Part shown: positions 52,601 to 60,308 of the stretch, one piece after another
Position numbering within the stretch: the stretch's first letter is position 1
How the letters are laid out: every line of letters begins with the position of its first letter
Assembly (NCBI RefSeq): GCF_964355755.1
Contig: NC_092680.1
Coordinates: 1,922,001-1,986,000, forward strand
Source: Antedon mediterranea
Lineage: Eukaryota; Animalia; Echinodermata
DNA length: 64,000 nt
Reading direction: 5' to 3'
The notes under the pieces: model-generated
The model's input: the letters and a program-made list of their open reading frames with translations, nothing else
Database searches by the model: none
Told to the model about the DNA's origin: nothing
Made by a program: the position numbers and the translations under genes

Positions 52601-55600
52601 ACGTTCTAATGCAAAAAAAAATCGATCAGAGCAATAATATGAAGAGTTACGAAATTCAAAGATTACAAACCAAGTACATAGTTCATGGATTATACCATTT
52701 GTGGAGAAGGGTGTTCAATAAAAATATCTACTTTTTGAGTTATAAGTTGCTCTGTAAGGAGAAAGGGCTTTTGTTGGTTTATCCAGGTAAGCTTGGCACG
52801 AACTAGACTCTTATTAATATTCAATGTATTAATTATAACAACACTGTATCGTAAGCACTGAATACATTGCTAGTTTTTAGAAATCTTACTTACCATTTTC
52901 ACACCTGCTCCCTGAGAACCCATAAGTACATGAGCAGTGGTTATTAGCAACACAACGGCCACCATTTAAACATTCAGGTTGGCACACAGCTAGAAGAAAA
53001 ATAGATGTATTTTATATCAAAATATTGAAGAAAATTAGTCATGTGATTGATTTTAACCAATCAATAGGGTAGTTTGATAATGATGATGAACTAATTCATA
53101 GATTGAATTAAAACATTTTTTTTTAAATAGTGTTTGATTTTAATATAAAAGTTTATTGCAGCAAATTAACTATGTCATTGATTTTGACCAATCAACAGGA
53201 TAGTTTGATAATGATGATAAGCTAATTCATAGATTATGAATAGATTAGATTAGATTATTACTAAATGTATAACCATAATATAACCAAAAAAACTATAATT
53301 GGTTTTCCATGTGCATTGAATTATTATGTGATATTGTGACTGAATGACACAAGTATTGTCAACCAATCTAAACGGGCATGAACTATAGCATCATCATTTC
53401 AATAACAATATTATATATATTCATCAGACATTGAATATCGACACATTTCTTCTCGAGAGATTCTAACAACAGGTTCAACCCATATTGCGTGCCATAAAAA
53501 CATAGCAAAGTTAGCAAAAACCACAGCGCTAAGAATGGTGCAAGCTATTGCAGTGTTCCCACGGGAACTATTTAATGCGTGAAATCCTTTGGTGGTATGA
53601 GAATCCTTTGCTGTTTTACACTTTCGCAGGATGTTACCAAATATATAACTTCCCCCCTGAGAATCCAGATCCCATTATTGTTGAACATTCAGACGATGGT
53701 CTACGAAGGAAATTGTTCTTTGCAAATGGAGGTCTGCACAATTCACATAGGCCAGCGATTGTTAGAATCAGAGGGTCAGGGTTGTGTTATAAGGATTAAT
53801 AATGTACTGATAGAATAATCATAGGTAACCACAATATATTAATGTGGCAATAATGTCACCTAAGTTCAAGACTGTGTGGAAAGAAAAAAAATTGTTTGTG
53901 TATTGCGACCCGACAAAGATGTTATTAATATTTTTAGATGACATCATGTCGTTGTGATGAAGTGGTGCTGTTGTACAACAAGTTGGAAGAACTAGGTCAA
54001 AATTATACTACATAATGCATATTATTGTGAGTTATTAAATAAATGAAAATATATCAGACACTGATTTATATTAGGCGCTGAAATCAAACATACACAAACC
54101 AGTCCTCCAGATTATACTGTTTGTGCCTAGGGATTCGGTACACAGGTAATGGATGAGGCAAACTACTACAGGCCTAGGGCCTAGGCCTACTTCTGTCACT
54201 CCATGGCGATGGTATCTACCGGCAAGACTAAGAATGGGAACCTAGCACTAATTAATTAGGCTTAGAGGCCTACTAGGCCTAGGCTAGGGCCTAGATTACT
54301 CTAGGCCCTATACTGTCACGGTGGTAGCCCTAAATGTGTTTGTTTCCATTATAACTTTTTACATTTTAACTAATTGTTACCTTAATGTCATAATTTTGAT
54401 TTTCAAAGTTTAATAATTGTGAGATAACCCACCTGCTTTGAATTTAAATGAACCACCACTTGGACCACGTCACTCGTGGGCGTGGCTCCTTCGCGACGAT
54501 ACCATTGTTTTAAAGGGGAATATTAATATACAGTAGTTTAAAAATGGCAATTTCAGTTTATGTTGCTACGTAAACTATAGGCAAGAAATAGACCAGAGTA
54601 AATTATATACTTCTCACCTGTGCTACCTCCATTGGTACATCCTCCTGGGCCAAGTATACCACGCTGACACATGCAAGCATTTGGGCTTGCGCAGAACCCA
54701 CCATTGCAAGATCGGCTGCATATAGCTGAAGAAAAAAAATCACAATAAAAATTTGTGTCAAATTCTTCAACATTTGTCATAATTGTGAATAACTTCAACC
54801 AATCGATGTGACAAGACAAATAGTAGGCCTATTATTATCTTCATGACAACATTTGATAATCTTGATTGCAATGCGAAAGAAAAGTTTTCCAAAGTTTGCA
54901 GTGGACAAACTTCGTTCAAACTGCAGAAAAAAAACCCTGCAAAATGCATGTTTGCCACAGTGTAGTAGGCTACTAGTACTACTTTTTATTCAGGCCAACA
55001 TCTTTTCACCAGAAATCTAGTAAAACTTAAAAAAATGTATACTTACGAACAATACATTGATTTAACCTTGAATGGAGCCTCCATCCTGGACAACAATATG
55101 CATATTGCCTTGGACCACAAACATTTGGTCTGTTAACAAAATGATGAAATCATGATCATGATGACAAAAAATAAAGAAATATTTACATCACTACCTATCC
55201 TATCTGATTAATATACTTTCTTCAAACACAAAGAGATAGAAATCTGTAAGAATGAGAAAAAGCTATTCCAGACGAGATGACTAATATTTAATCTTTATTT
55301 ATTTATTTCTTTTTTTATTTTAATCTGTTCGGATCTTCTTCGATTTTACAAATGATTAAATCACTCACTTCTTCAGCAAAAATACGTATATTTTGTTATT
55401 TTGATGGCAACAAAGGTTTAATTATTGGCAAGAGATCAGAATTGCCTAAAGTCCCAAGACAGGGATTTCCTGAAGGTCATGGTTTAGCACCACTAAACAA
55501 AATGCTGTAGCAGGACTTTCTAATTAACTAACATTACTATTAGGCCTGACAAGTATTCATCAAACTGTTGGTCCTATACAATTTATAGATCCGATCAAAC

Positions 55601-58600
55601 TATTGAAGGAATAAAGCACTGTCTACACTATCAAACTAGTTTGAAAAAAAAGTGTGATGTGCCCAAATATGGTAGTGATATTACATCATTATGTCCATAT
55701 ATGGGCACATCACATTATTTTTGTCACATAAAGTTTGATAGTGTAGACACAGAGCTTAAGCCAGTGACTTTACAAACGTATAGAGACCAGAAACAAAAGT
55801 GCTAGTATAGTCTTAAATCATGGCGATTTTGGGGATAAATTATTTTCATCTTGGCTGAGGCCTAAATCTATCTTTTCTTCATTTGCTTACGATTGCACTT
55901 TTGCGAAAACAAGAACCCCTGTAAAAATCCTGGCTACGGGCTTACCAGTGTGTGTCGAACGATTTACTTGCGAAGGATGATATTCAATTTAATTTAAACA
56001 TTCATGAAAATGTCATCGTACGAATAATCAAATGGTTCGTATTCTAGAAAGGTTCTGACTTGCGAAGGATGTTGGACTAACCATTTTAGTGACACTGAAC
56101 TAGAACTAATATTAATAAAGTTCTCGTCAAATTCACAGACCGCTGTCAATCATAAATGAACATATTTTCCAAAAAATCAACATTGGTGCCACGGGCACAA
56201 CCACAACTTCGTACTTCTAAGAAATAAACTATCTACGCGGATGTTAATTTGTTTCTCATTTACACTTTTAGTAATTAACGAATTTTCTCAGCTTATCTAC
56301 CAGACCATACTGGGTACAATTGTCCTTCAGGGAGATTCAATAGTGCCAGTTCAAATTCAAACTCTACCCACAAGAGACCACAATACAACCCTCTCCACTT
56401 AAAATGTTAAATCAGGTCAAACCAATATAAATCAATCAATCTTGAAGCTTGAGAAATTGCAGGACTACATACTCGTTACAGGGTTTGTTTAATATGAATT
56501 GTTTTTCGTTATCTATATCATTGGTATTCCATCCTATATACTGTAGTTATGCCTCAACATAGTTCACCTCTTATTTTCTTGTATGTGTTTGTAATATAAA
56601 AGCGTTAATTAAGTTTTGAGTCAGCACTACCCCCAAGTTTATATTTCAACGAGGAAAGCTATTACCGTATGTAAATAAATTTAGTTTAAATGAAATTAAT
56701 AAATTTCACTGCTGCCAAATACATTTTCCGGATGTTTTCATCGAACATTCTATTTACAAACTTTTCAATAATTATAAAGTTTGTAAAAAAGAAACTCGTA
56801 AAGAACTCCCATGAGCCAGTGAAGAAAACACGATCGCCATGACCTGAAGAATGCGGACGTACGCAAGTGTTTCCACTAAACGTAGTTTAGCATTTATGTC
56901 TTTGAACTTTTTAAGTTTGTTTCCATTAAACAGACATAAACAATTACTAGGAAAAATCAAAACAAACTTTTATCTGTGTTTTATCTAAGATTTAATTATC
57001 GATTGTAATGTTTATGGCAAACTGTTTGTCTTAACATCCATATGTTAATTATATGTGACATTATGCAAACGTGAAGTCTAGGCCTGAAAACCATGAACGG
57101 GACATTTTACTATTGTGCCTTAAACCAGTCCCTTCTCGAATAGAGATCGAACTATGCTACATACATTTTCATGTTACATTTTTTAAACATGTAAAATAAT
57201 ACCTACATGTTGCTATACTGGCCTTATTTTTTCAGGTACAGTATAACTCATGTATATGTTTGTTATAAGCCAAAAGAAAGTGTCTATCTCTGTCCGCCCA
57301 TAAATAATTATTTTGATATAAAATTGATATGGTCCGCGCCGGGAACTATCTCAAGAATGCCGAAAATCAAAACTAACAAACTCAACTTTTATTTAATACG
57401 AATGATTTTTTTTTTATACCGAAAATGTTATATTTATTTGTAGGCCTGATTGATATATGTTATTGTTACACGATTTCCAACAAGCGTTATCAAATTTTTG
57501 GAAAACGGGAATTATATACCGTGAAGGTATAAGAAGGGTCACGCACGGTTATATCAATATACAATGTACGCAGCATTGATAGATATCAACGAGATATAAC
57601 ATGTTAGCTCACTGTCTTGACTTTGTCATCATAGACATGCTTACAGCCAAAGGCATGTTTGGTTTTCTACGGTGATGCAATAATATTTGTTTAGAATTAT
57701 GGTTAACGTATGATGTGATGAAAACATTTTAATAGAGTTTATGAAAACACTATAGGCCTACTGTATTCACAGCGTTGATCTGTTTTTACTAAACTGGGAG
57801 TAGAGTATATAGCATTACATAACTAACAGTTATAACAAATGATTTGAATTAATTCATTCAACAGTGGAAAATTACTTCAATTTATTGTAATTTGCATATA
57901 AAATATACATAGAAATTATGTTTGCTCTGAGATATACAAAAACAGATAAATAAAAAACTAAAAAAACAAACAATTACAAAGTGTCACATGACTCTCGTAC
58001 GGTATACTGACAAGCATTCAGTGCCCGAATGGCAGCTGGATAAAAGATGACGAAACCTATTTGTACGAGAGATGATGGACCGGTTCTTAATTAATCAATT
58101 TTCAAAAATGGATCCAATAGAACTCAGTTCCAATGATACGTGATACATACTTATCAACACGTTATAGGCATACTTAGTTACAGTATTCCCATAACTGTAA
58201 TTTTTCTAAAGATCTATACATATATATGTTACAAAATATCAATCAACCTAGATAAAATGGGTGTAACCACAATATAATCCCTGTTAGTGCTACCCTACGC
58301 GTCCGCAAAGCTACAAGGAATCCCATGCAAAATGATGTATATTGTTGTTTGAACTTTTGTACACTTTGATGTTGAATATATAACATTTCATTGTTCTTTA
58401 ACTTTTCGGGTAAACTTTAGTTTTTATACACTAATTAGTTCTCACTAAATGACGCAACTCAATGACGTAAGCGCAACGCAACCAATTTGGCCAATGACAA
58501 GATATTTCTGATAATCCATTGCTTGTGATTTGGTCAAATTACTTGCGTTGCACGTACGTCCCTGCGTTGCGACTCGGTAGTGGGAACCAAATCAAGAAAA

Positions 58601-59140
58601 AAAAATCCGGTCCATATATTCACTTTGTTCGAAACACTATATAACAACATTACTGAAACATATAACACAGCAGCACCATATTACATTTTCCTCAAAATGT
58701 AATTAATACTTGAAACCAAAGCTTTTAATTATTAATGAACGTGATAAGTTAAAAAGAACGTAATTGAATGTGATGTTTACCTACATAACAGAAATATTTT
58801 AAATAGTATGTATGTACGTGACTAAAAGCTACAACTATTTTGATACTTTGCAAAACGAAACTAACTTTGATGCACGAACTTTATTCGCATTTCGACAAGG
58901 AACAAGGAACGCGTTTGTGTTTAATGTTCCAACATCACTAACATTATGATATAATATGTATATTTGTGCTATGTGTAAGCAGGCAGTAGATCTACCGATA
59001 CTTAAGTATATTGAATCAACTCACCCATAAATAACTGACTTCTGATTGTTCGGATCCGGCTGCTGTTGCTGTGCTTTCGATCCATTAAATACTAGAAATA
59101 GTCCAGCTAAAACACAAACGAGCCTCCTTCTTCCCAGCAT
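15970..59140 (-). CDS. FBN: Fibrillin (single invertebrate homolog of FBN1/2/3), complete CDS, 58 coding exons including a putative mutually exclusive pair
   Basis: Signal peptide, FUN ([17 protein letters not shown]), EGF, hyb1, 2 cbEGF, TB1, hinge, EGF4, 4 cbEGF, TB2, 3 cbEGF, hyb2, 1 cbEGF, TB3, 12 cbEGF, TB4 (RGD), 2, TB5, 7, TB6, 5, TB7, 7 cbEGF, furin RRRR, C-propeptide. Same order as human FBN1; exon phases are consistent throughout. Confidence 0.97.
16493..16856. repeat. Intronic minisatellite, 37-bp unit x~10
   Basis: tggctgagcagttaaggcaggtaaggatcaatagcc repeated. Confidence 0.92.
16943..17048 (-). CDS. FBN: Fibrillin cbEGF43 exon
   Basis: [15 protein letters not shown]...[10 protein letters not shown]; phase 2 donor. 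Confidence 0.93.
17418..17540 (-). CDS. FBN: Fibrillin cbEGF42 exon
   Basis: [16 protein letters not shown]. Confidence 0.94.
18076..18195 (-). CDS. FBN: Fibrillin cbEGF41 exon
   Basis: [15 protein letters not shown]. Confidence 0.94.
18424..18552 (-). CDS. FBN: Fibrillin cbEGF40 exon
   Basis: [18 protein letters not shown]. Confidence 0.94.
18916..19032 (-). CDS. FBN: Fibrillin cbEGF39 exon
   Basis: [16 protein letters not shown]. Confidence 0.94.
19247..19411. mobile_element. MITE family A copy
   Basis: TIRs, TAA/TAA flanks. Confidence 0.85.
19439..19741 (-). CDS. FBN: Fibrillin end of TB7 and cbEGF37-38 exon
   Basis: [22 protein letters not shown]...DEDEC. Confidence 0.93.
19795..19915. 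repeat. ~17-bp tandem repeat (caggagacacctctatt)
   Basis: Direct inspection; related ctattaagggacac motifs at 26320-26500 and 38350-38400. Confidence 0.75.
20092..20244 (-). CDS. FBN: Fibrillin TB7 exon
   Basis: DNRVGSCF...[11 protein letters not shown]. Confidence 0.94.
20699..20824 (-). CDS. FBN: Fibrillin cbEGF36 exon
   Basis: [17 protein letters not shown]. Confidence 0.94.
21185..21310 (-). CDS. FBN: Fibrillin cbEGF35 exon (contains a second RGD)
   Basis: [12 protein letters not shown]...[27 protein letters not shown]. Confidence 0.94.
21636..21821. mobile_element. Tc1/mariner-type MITE
   Basis: Perfect 24-bp TIR CAGTCAACTCTCCCAATACCGGAC, TA on both flanks. Confidence 0.85.
22058..22180 (-). 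CDS. FBN: Fibrillin cbEGF34 exon
   Basis: [16 protein letters not shown]. Confidence 0.94.
22376..22501 (-). CDS. FBN: Fibrillin cbEGF33 exon
   Basis: [13 protein letters not shown]...GFQPG. Confidence 0.92.
22998..23192 (-). CDS. FBN: Fibrillin end of TB6 and cbEGF32 exon
   Basis: [11 protein letters not shown]...DINECKVF. Confidence 0.94.
   Translation of the reverse strand: MISLTCVQTVKVMPIYEILIFMKISMNVRCSQTSVTTDDVSTWMVHSVVNVMKAINWMLKKGTV
23440..23589 (-). CDS. FBN: Fibrillin TB6 exon
   Basis: DMRQGNCF...TKRECCC. Confidence 0.94.
23953..24078 (-). CDS. FBN: Fibrillin cbEGF31 exon
   Basis: [17 protein letters not shown]. Confidence 0.94.
24400..24525 (-). CDS. FBN: Fibrillin cbEGF30 exon
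   Basis: [17 protein letters not shown]. Confidence 0.94.
24846..24971 (-). CDS. FBN: Fibrillin cbEGF29 exon
   Basis: [17 protein letters not shown]. Confidence 0.94.
25185..25290 (-). mobile_element. SINE-like fragment (resembles the MetaSINE central domain, from memory)
   Basis: Reverse complement gtgcactttaaagaacc...gagtagggggttatcccggtg; related fragment at ~25670-25760. Confidence 0.45.
25325..25444 (-). CDS. FBN: Fibrillin cbEGF28 exon
   Basis: [16 protein letters not shown]. Confidence 0.94.
25849..25974 (-). CDS. FBN: Fibrillin cbEGF27 exon
   Basis: [17 protein letters not shown]. Confidence 0.94.
26522..26650 (-). CDS. FBN: Fibrillin cbEGF26 exon
   Basis: [18 protein letters not shown]. 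Confidence 0.93.
26941..27063 (-). CDS. FBN: Fibrillin EGF at the cbEGF25 position, GC donor
   Basis: [14 protein letters not shown]...ALKCR; donor GAG|gcaagt. Confidence 0.9.
27292..27495 (-). CDS. FBN: Fibrillin TB5 exon
   Basis: DVRERYCY...TKMMCCCSS...DYASLCG. Confidence 0.94.
27751..27885 (-). CDS. FBN: Fibrillin cbEGF24 exon
   Basis: [26 protein letters not shown]. Confidence 0.93.
27974..28107. mobile_element. MITE family A copy
   Basis: TIRs and core. Confidence 0.75.
28454..28648 (-). CDS. FBN: Fibrillin end of TB4 and cbEGF23 exon
   Basis: [14 protein letters not shown]...DINEC. Confidence 0.94.
28774..28998. mobile_element. MITE family A copy with a nested short repeat insertion
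   Basis: TIRs; internal aaccttatttagcgagggtgaccctaaacagcatatgctgac insert. Confidence 0.8.
29143..29313 (-). CDS. FBN: Fibrillin TB4 exon with RGD ([24 protein letters not shown]...[12 protein letters not shown])
   Basis: TB motif with RGD at 29261-29269. Confidence 0.95.
29716..29841 (-). CDS. FBN: Fibrillin cbEGF22 exon
   Basis: [17 protein letters not shown]. Confidence 0.94.
30087..30212 (-). CDS. FBN: Fibrillin cbEGF21 exon
   Basis: [12 protein letters not shown]...DQTGGNCT. Confidence 0.94.
30298..30453. mobile_element. MITE family A copy
   Basis: TIRs and core. Confidence 0.78.
30883..31008 (-). CDS. FBN: Fibrillin cbEGF20 exon
   Basis: [17 protein letters not shown]. Confidence 0.94.
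31340..31462 (-). CDS. FBN: Fibrillin cbEGF19 exon
   Basis: [12 protein letters not shown]...[10 protein letters not shown]. Confidence 0.94.
31736..31858 (-). CDS. FBN: Fibrillin cbEGF18 exon, GC donor
   Basis: [12 protein letters not shown]...GNGISCV; donor TAG|gcaagt. Confidence 0.92.
32190..32535. repeat. GT-rich minisatellite (gagaggttatgtggtcggtcgtgtgt[gggg]ttttgt)
   Basis: About 10 copies of 30-38 bp variants. Confidence 0.92.
32882..33133 (-). CDS. FBN: Fibrillin cbEGF16-17 exon (two domains)
   Basis: [12 protein letters not shown]...[12 protein letters not shown]; 252 bp. Confidence 0.94.
33590..33712 (-). CDS. FBN: Fibrillin cbEGF15 exon
   Basis: [16 protein letters not shown]. 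Confidence 0.94.
33990..34115 (-). CDS. FBN: Fibrillin cbEGF14 exon
   Basis: [17 protein letters not shown]. Confidence 0.93.
34450..34575 (-). CDS. FBN: Fibrillin cbEGF13 exon
   Basis: [17 protein letters not shown]. Confidence 0.94.
34612..34771. mobile_element. MITE family A copy
   Basis: TIRs and core. Confidence 0.75.
34918..35010. repeat. 17-bp tandem repeat (tatctcccagtggtgcc) x5
   Basis: Direct inspection. Confidence 0.88.
35044..35169 (-). CDS. FBN: Fibrillin cbEGF12 exon
   Basis: [12 protein letters not shown]...GVMMDQMCM. Confidence 0.94.
35685..35810 (-). CDS. FBN: Fibrillin cbEGF11 exon
   Basis: [12 protein letters not shown]; splice sites. Confidence 0.94.
36085..36174 (-). 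CDS. FBN: Fibrillin TB3 exon (second part, [14 protein letters not shown]...)
   Basis: Matches FBN1 EYEELCPRGPGFA; 90 bp phase 1-1. Confidence 0.9.
36705..36857 (-). CDS. FBN: Fibrillin TB3 exon (first part)
   Basis: DLRSYECY...[11 protein letters not shown]; splice sites. Confidence 0.94.
37350..37475 (-). CDS. FBN: Fibrillin cbEGF10 exon
   Basis: [12 protein letters not shown]; splice sites. Confidence 0.93.
38075..38266 (-). CDS. FBN: Fibrillin hybrid domain 2 exon
   Basis: GTCW...[14 protein letters not shown]; splice sites. Confidence 0.95.
38561..38686 (-). CDS. FBN: Fibrillin cbEGF9 exon
   Basis: [16 protein letters not shown]; splice sites. Confidence 0.94.
39207..39332 (-). CDS. 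FBN: Fibrillin cbEGF8 exon
   Basis: [12 protein letters not shown]; splice sites. Confidence 0.94.
40604..40815 (-). mobile_element. tRNA-derived SINE fragment
   Basis: Minus-strand A-box/B-box-like head (gtgacttggtggttatgatgct...ggtcctgggttcaagtcc); homologous copies at ~37846-38024, ~41580-41728, ~49990-50062. Confidence 0.65.
40895..41020 (-). CDS. FBN: Fibrillin cbEGF7 exon
   Basis: [16 protein letters not shown]; splice sites. Confidence 0.94.
41246..41461 (-). CDS. FBN: Fibrillin TB2 exon
   Basis: ETRTDYCY...HCCCSS...EFNELC; splice sites. Confidence 0.94.
41754..41876 (-). CDS. FBN: Fibrillin cbEGF6 exon
   Basis: [12 protein letters not shown]; splice sites. Confidence 0.94.
42272..42388 (-). 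CDS. FBN: Fibrillin cbEGF5 exon
   Basis: [16 protein letters not shown]; splice sites. Confidence 0.94.
42513..42638 (-). CDS. FBN: Fibrillin cbEGF4 exon
   Basis: [12 protein letters not shown]; splice sites. Confidence 0.94.
42727..42841. mobile_element. MITE family A copy
   Basis: TIRs and core; partial copy also at ~42070-42203. Confidence 0.78.
43431..43583. mobile_element. MITE family A copy
   Basis: TIRs, TTA/TTA flanks. Confidence 0.85.
43735..43860 (-). CDS. FBN: Fibrillin cbEGF3 exon
   Basis: [16 protein letters not shown]; splice sites. Confidence 0.94.
44378..44517. mobile_element. MITE family A copy
   Basis: TIRs and core. Confidence 0.8.
45011..45135. mobile_element. MITE family A copy
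   Basis: Perfect TIRs, TTA/TTA flanks. Confidence 0.88.
45368..45712 (-). CDS. FBN: Fibrillin alternative exon B: end of TB1, long Gly/Pro-rich hinge, EGF4 ([15 protein letters not shown]...PGGPGGPGG...[15 protein letters not shown]...MCI)
   Basis: 345 bp, phase 1-1, ttatag| and |gtgagc. Confidence 0.92.
45787..45963 (-). CDS. FBN: Fibrillin alternative exon A: end of TB1, short Pro-rich hinge, EGF4 ([33 protein letters not shown]...FCV)
   Basis: 177 bp, phase 1-1, tttcag| and |gtgagt. Confidence 0.9.
46899..47057 (-). CDS. FBN: Fibrillin TB1 exon (SRVDYCY...[12 protein letters not shown]...CPQRGT)
   Basis: TB CCC motif; donor |gttagt. Confidence 0.93.
47374..47674. mobile_element. TTAA-flanked MITE (Kolobok-like)
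   Basis: ttaa-AGATGTATTGTCC...GGACAATACATCT-ttaa; related copies at ~962-1166, ~1978-2293, ~37686-38054. Confidence 0.75.
47916..48070. mobile_element. MITE family A copy
   Basis: TIRs, TAA/TAA flanks. Confidence 0.82.
48582..48707 (-). CDS. FBN: Fibrillin cbEGF2 exon ([12 protein letters not shown]...)
   Basis: 126 bp phase 1-1 cbEGF. Confidence 0.95.
49484..49609 (-). CDS. FBN: Fibrillin cbEGF1 exon ([12 protein letters not shown]...)
   Basis: 126 bp phase 1-1 cbEGF. Confidence 0.95.
49730..49879. mobile_element. MITE family A copy
   Basis: TIRs and core. Confidence 0.8.
50628..50787. mobile_element. MITE family A copy
   Basis: TIRs and core. Confidence 0.82.
50926..51126 (-). CDS. FBN: Fibrillin hybrid domain 1 exon (DYRTGPC...[14 protein letters not shown])
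   Basis: Motif and splice sites. Confidence 0.96.
   Translation of the reverse strand: MIGLVLVIKHILVRTSARIYLLICAVQWRYAVQPLVKLGAVRVSNVLPNQRRVLKDIYLTELLSSV
51196..51332. mobile_element. MITE family A copy
   Basis: TIRs and core. Confidence 0.78.
52894..52989 (-). CDS. FBN: Fibrillin EGF3-equivalent exon ([31 protein letters not shown])
   Basis: Matches FBN1 [24 protein letters not shown]. Confidence 0.95.
54618..54725 (-). CDS. FBN: Fibrillin EGF1 exon ([19 protein letters not shown]...)
   Basis: Motif and splice sites. Confidence 0.93.
55047..55129 (-). CDS. FBN: Fibrillin FUN domain exon ([27 protein letters not shown])
   Basis: Matches FBN1 PNVCGSRYNAYCCPGW; splice sites. Confidence 0.95.
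55615..55756. mobile_element. MITE family A copy
   Basis: TIRs, TAA/TAA flanks. Confidence 0.85.
59025..59140 (-). CDS. FBN: Fibrillin first coding exon, signal peptide ([39 protein letters not shown])
   Basis: ATG, basic plus hydrophobic signal, donor |gtgagt; phase 2 matches the next exon; an AG acceptor 9 nt before the ATG suggests an upstream non-coding exon. Confidence 0.85.
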
Positions 59141-60167
59141 AACTGTATTCTATTAAAAATAAAACAAGTTTACAGCTCAAGTTGCAAGGATACAGAGAGT
59201 TTGTCTTTCTGCTACCCAGATAACCAATCACCTACACCAGAGTTTCTAATTTGAGACATGAACTTTTCCTCTCGCTCGCTTGATGCTGTCACTGTTGTAA
59301 TGTGTTGATAAATGACGATGTTTCGGTAATACGAATCACAGGTTAAGCTTGTACGAACATATTTCTATGACCTTAGAGAAATATTTTCAGAATCCCAAGT
59401 GACAGCACCGGAGTTCGTCTACTTTATTGGCACCCACATACTTAAATCAGGGTAAAGACCTCTTTCTAAAAGCACGGAAAATGTTTAGATACATAATATT
59501 TAGCCTACGAGTTATCCGGGAGTTCGATTGTACGTAAAAGTAAAGTAAAAAAGTGTTTTTATATTTTTTCACATGATTCTATCCTATCCCACTATGATAA
59601 TACTAGGCAACAATGCTTTTTGTGTGTGTTTATTATGGTGTTTGTAAATATGCTAATTATAATGTAGCAACTGATATTATTATTCCATTATCTTACTATT
59701 TCCTGTATACAGAAAATCAACAACAGCCAACAATTCACGATTTATTACACTGTACGCCTCAACATGTTCCAAATTAACAATGATGGTGAGGAAAACACAC
59801 ATATCTTAATTTGTCTATGGCTTAACTATACTTTCCGTTTAAAATTAATTGAAGGTTAGGCAACCCGCATGGGTTCGAACCCCATCCATACTAAGCCTTT
59901 TTTCGGATAATCTACTTCAGATAATTATATAGGCCAATATTAGGATTCCCCAATATTATAGTTTTGATTCATATTCAATTATTTAACATGATGGAAACAG
60001 TACGAACATTTTGGAGAAGCTTATAACCACTCCTATGTTTTGAAATATTTGAACTACTTTCTTTAACTTGCATAAAACAACTTCCGGGTGCGTAATTTTT
60101 TTTTCTTTTTCTGAATTCGAGAGATTGCAAGATACTGATCATTCCTAAACCAACTCCTCCTAAAAAC

Positions 60168-60308
60168 TATGTCTAAACTATCAAACTAGTTTGAGAAAAA
60201 AAAGTGATATTTCCAAATATGGCAGTGATATGCCCGAATATGGTAGTGATATCATCATCATGTCCACATTTTTTTTTTGCCACATAAAGTTTGATAGTGT
60301 AGACAGAA
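60168..60308. mobile_element. MITE family A copy
   Basis: Degenerate TIRs and core. Confidence 0.72.

Noticed and set aside
53548-53818. Two overlapping + strand ORFs of about 80 aa
   Set aside because: Non-ATG starts, no recognisable domain, no supporting + strand exon chain.
54094-54126. 33-bp in-frame mini-exon replacing EGF2 ([11 protein letters not shown])
   Set aside because: Weak acceptor and donor context and no homology; cannot be supported without RNA data.
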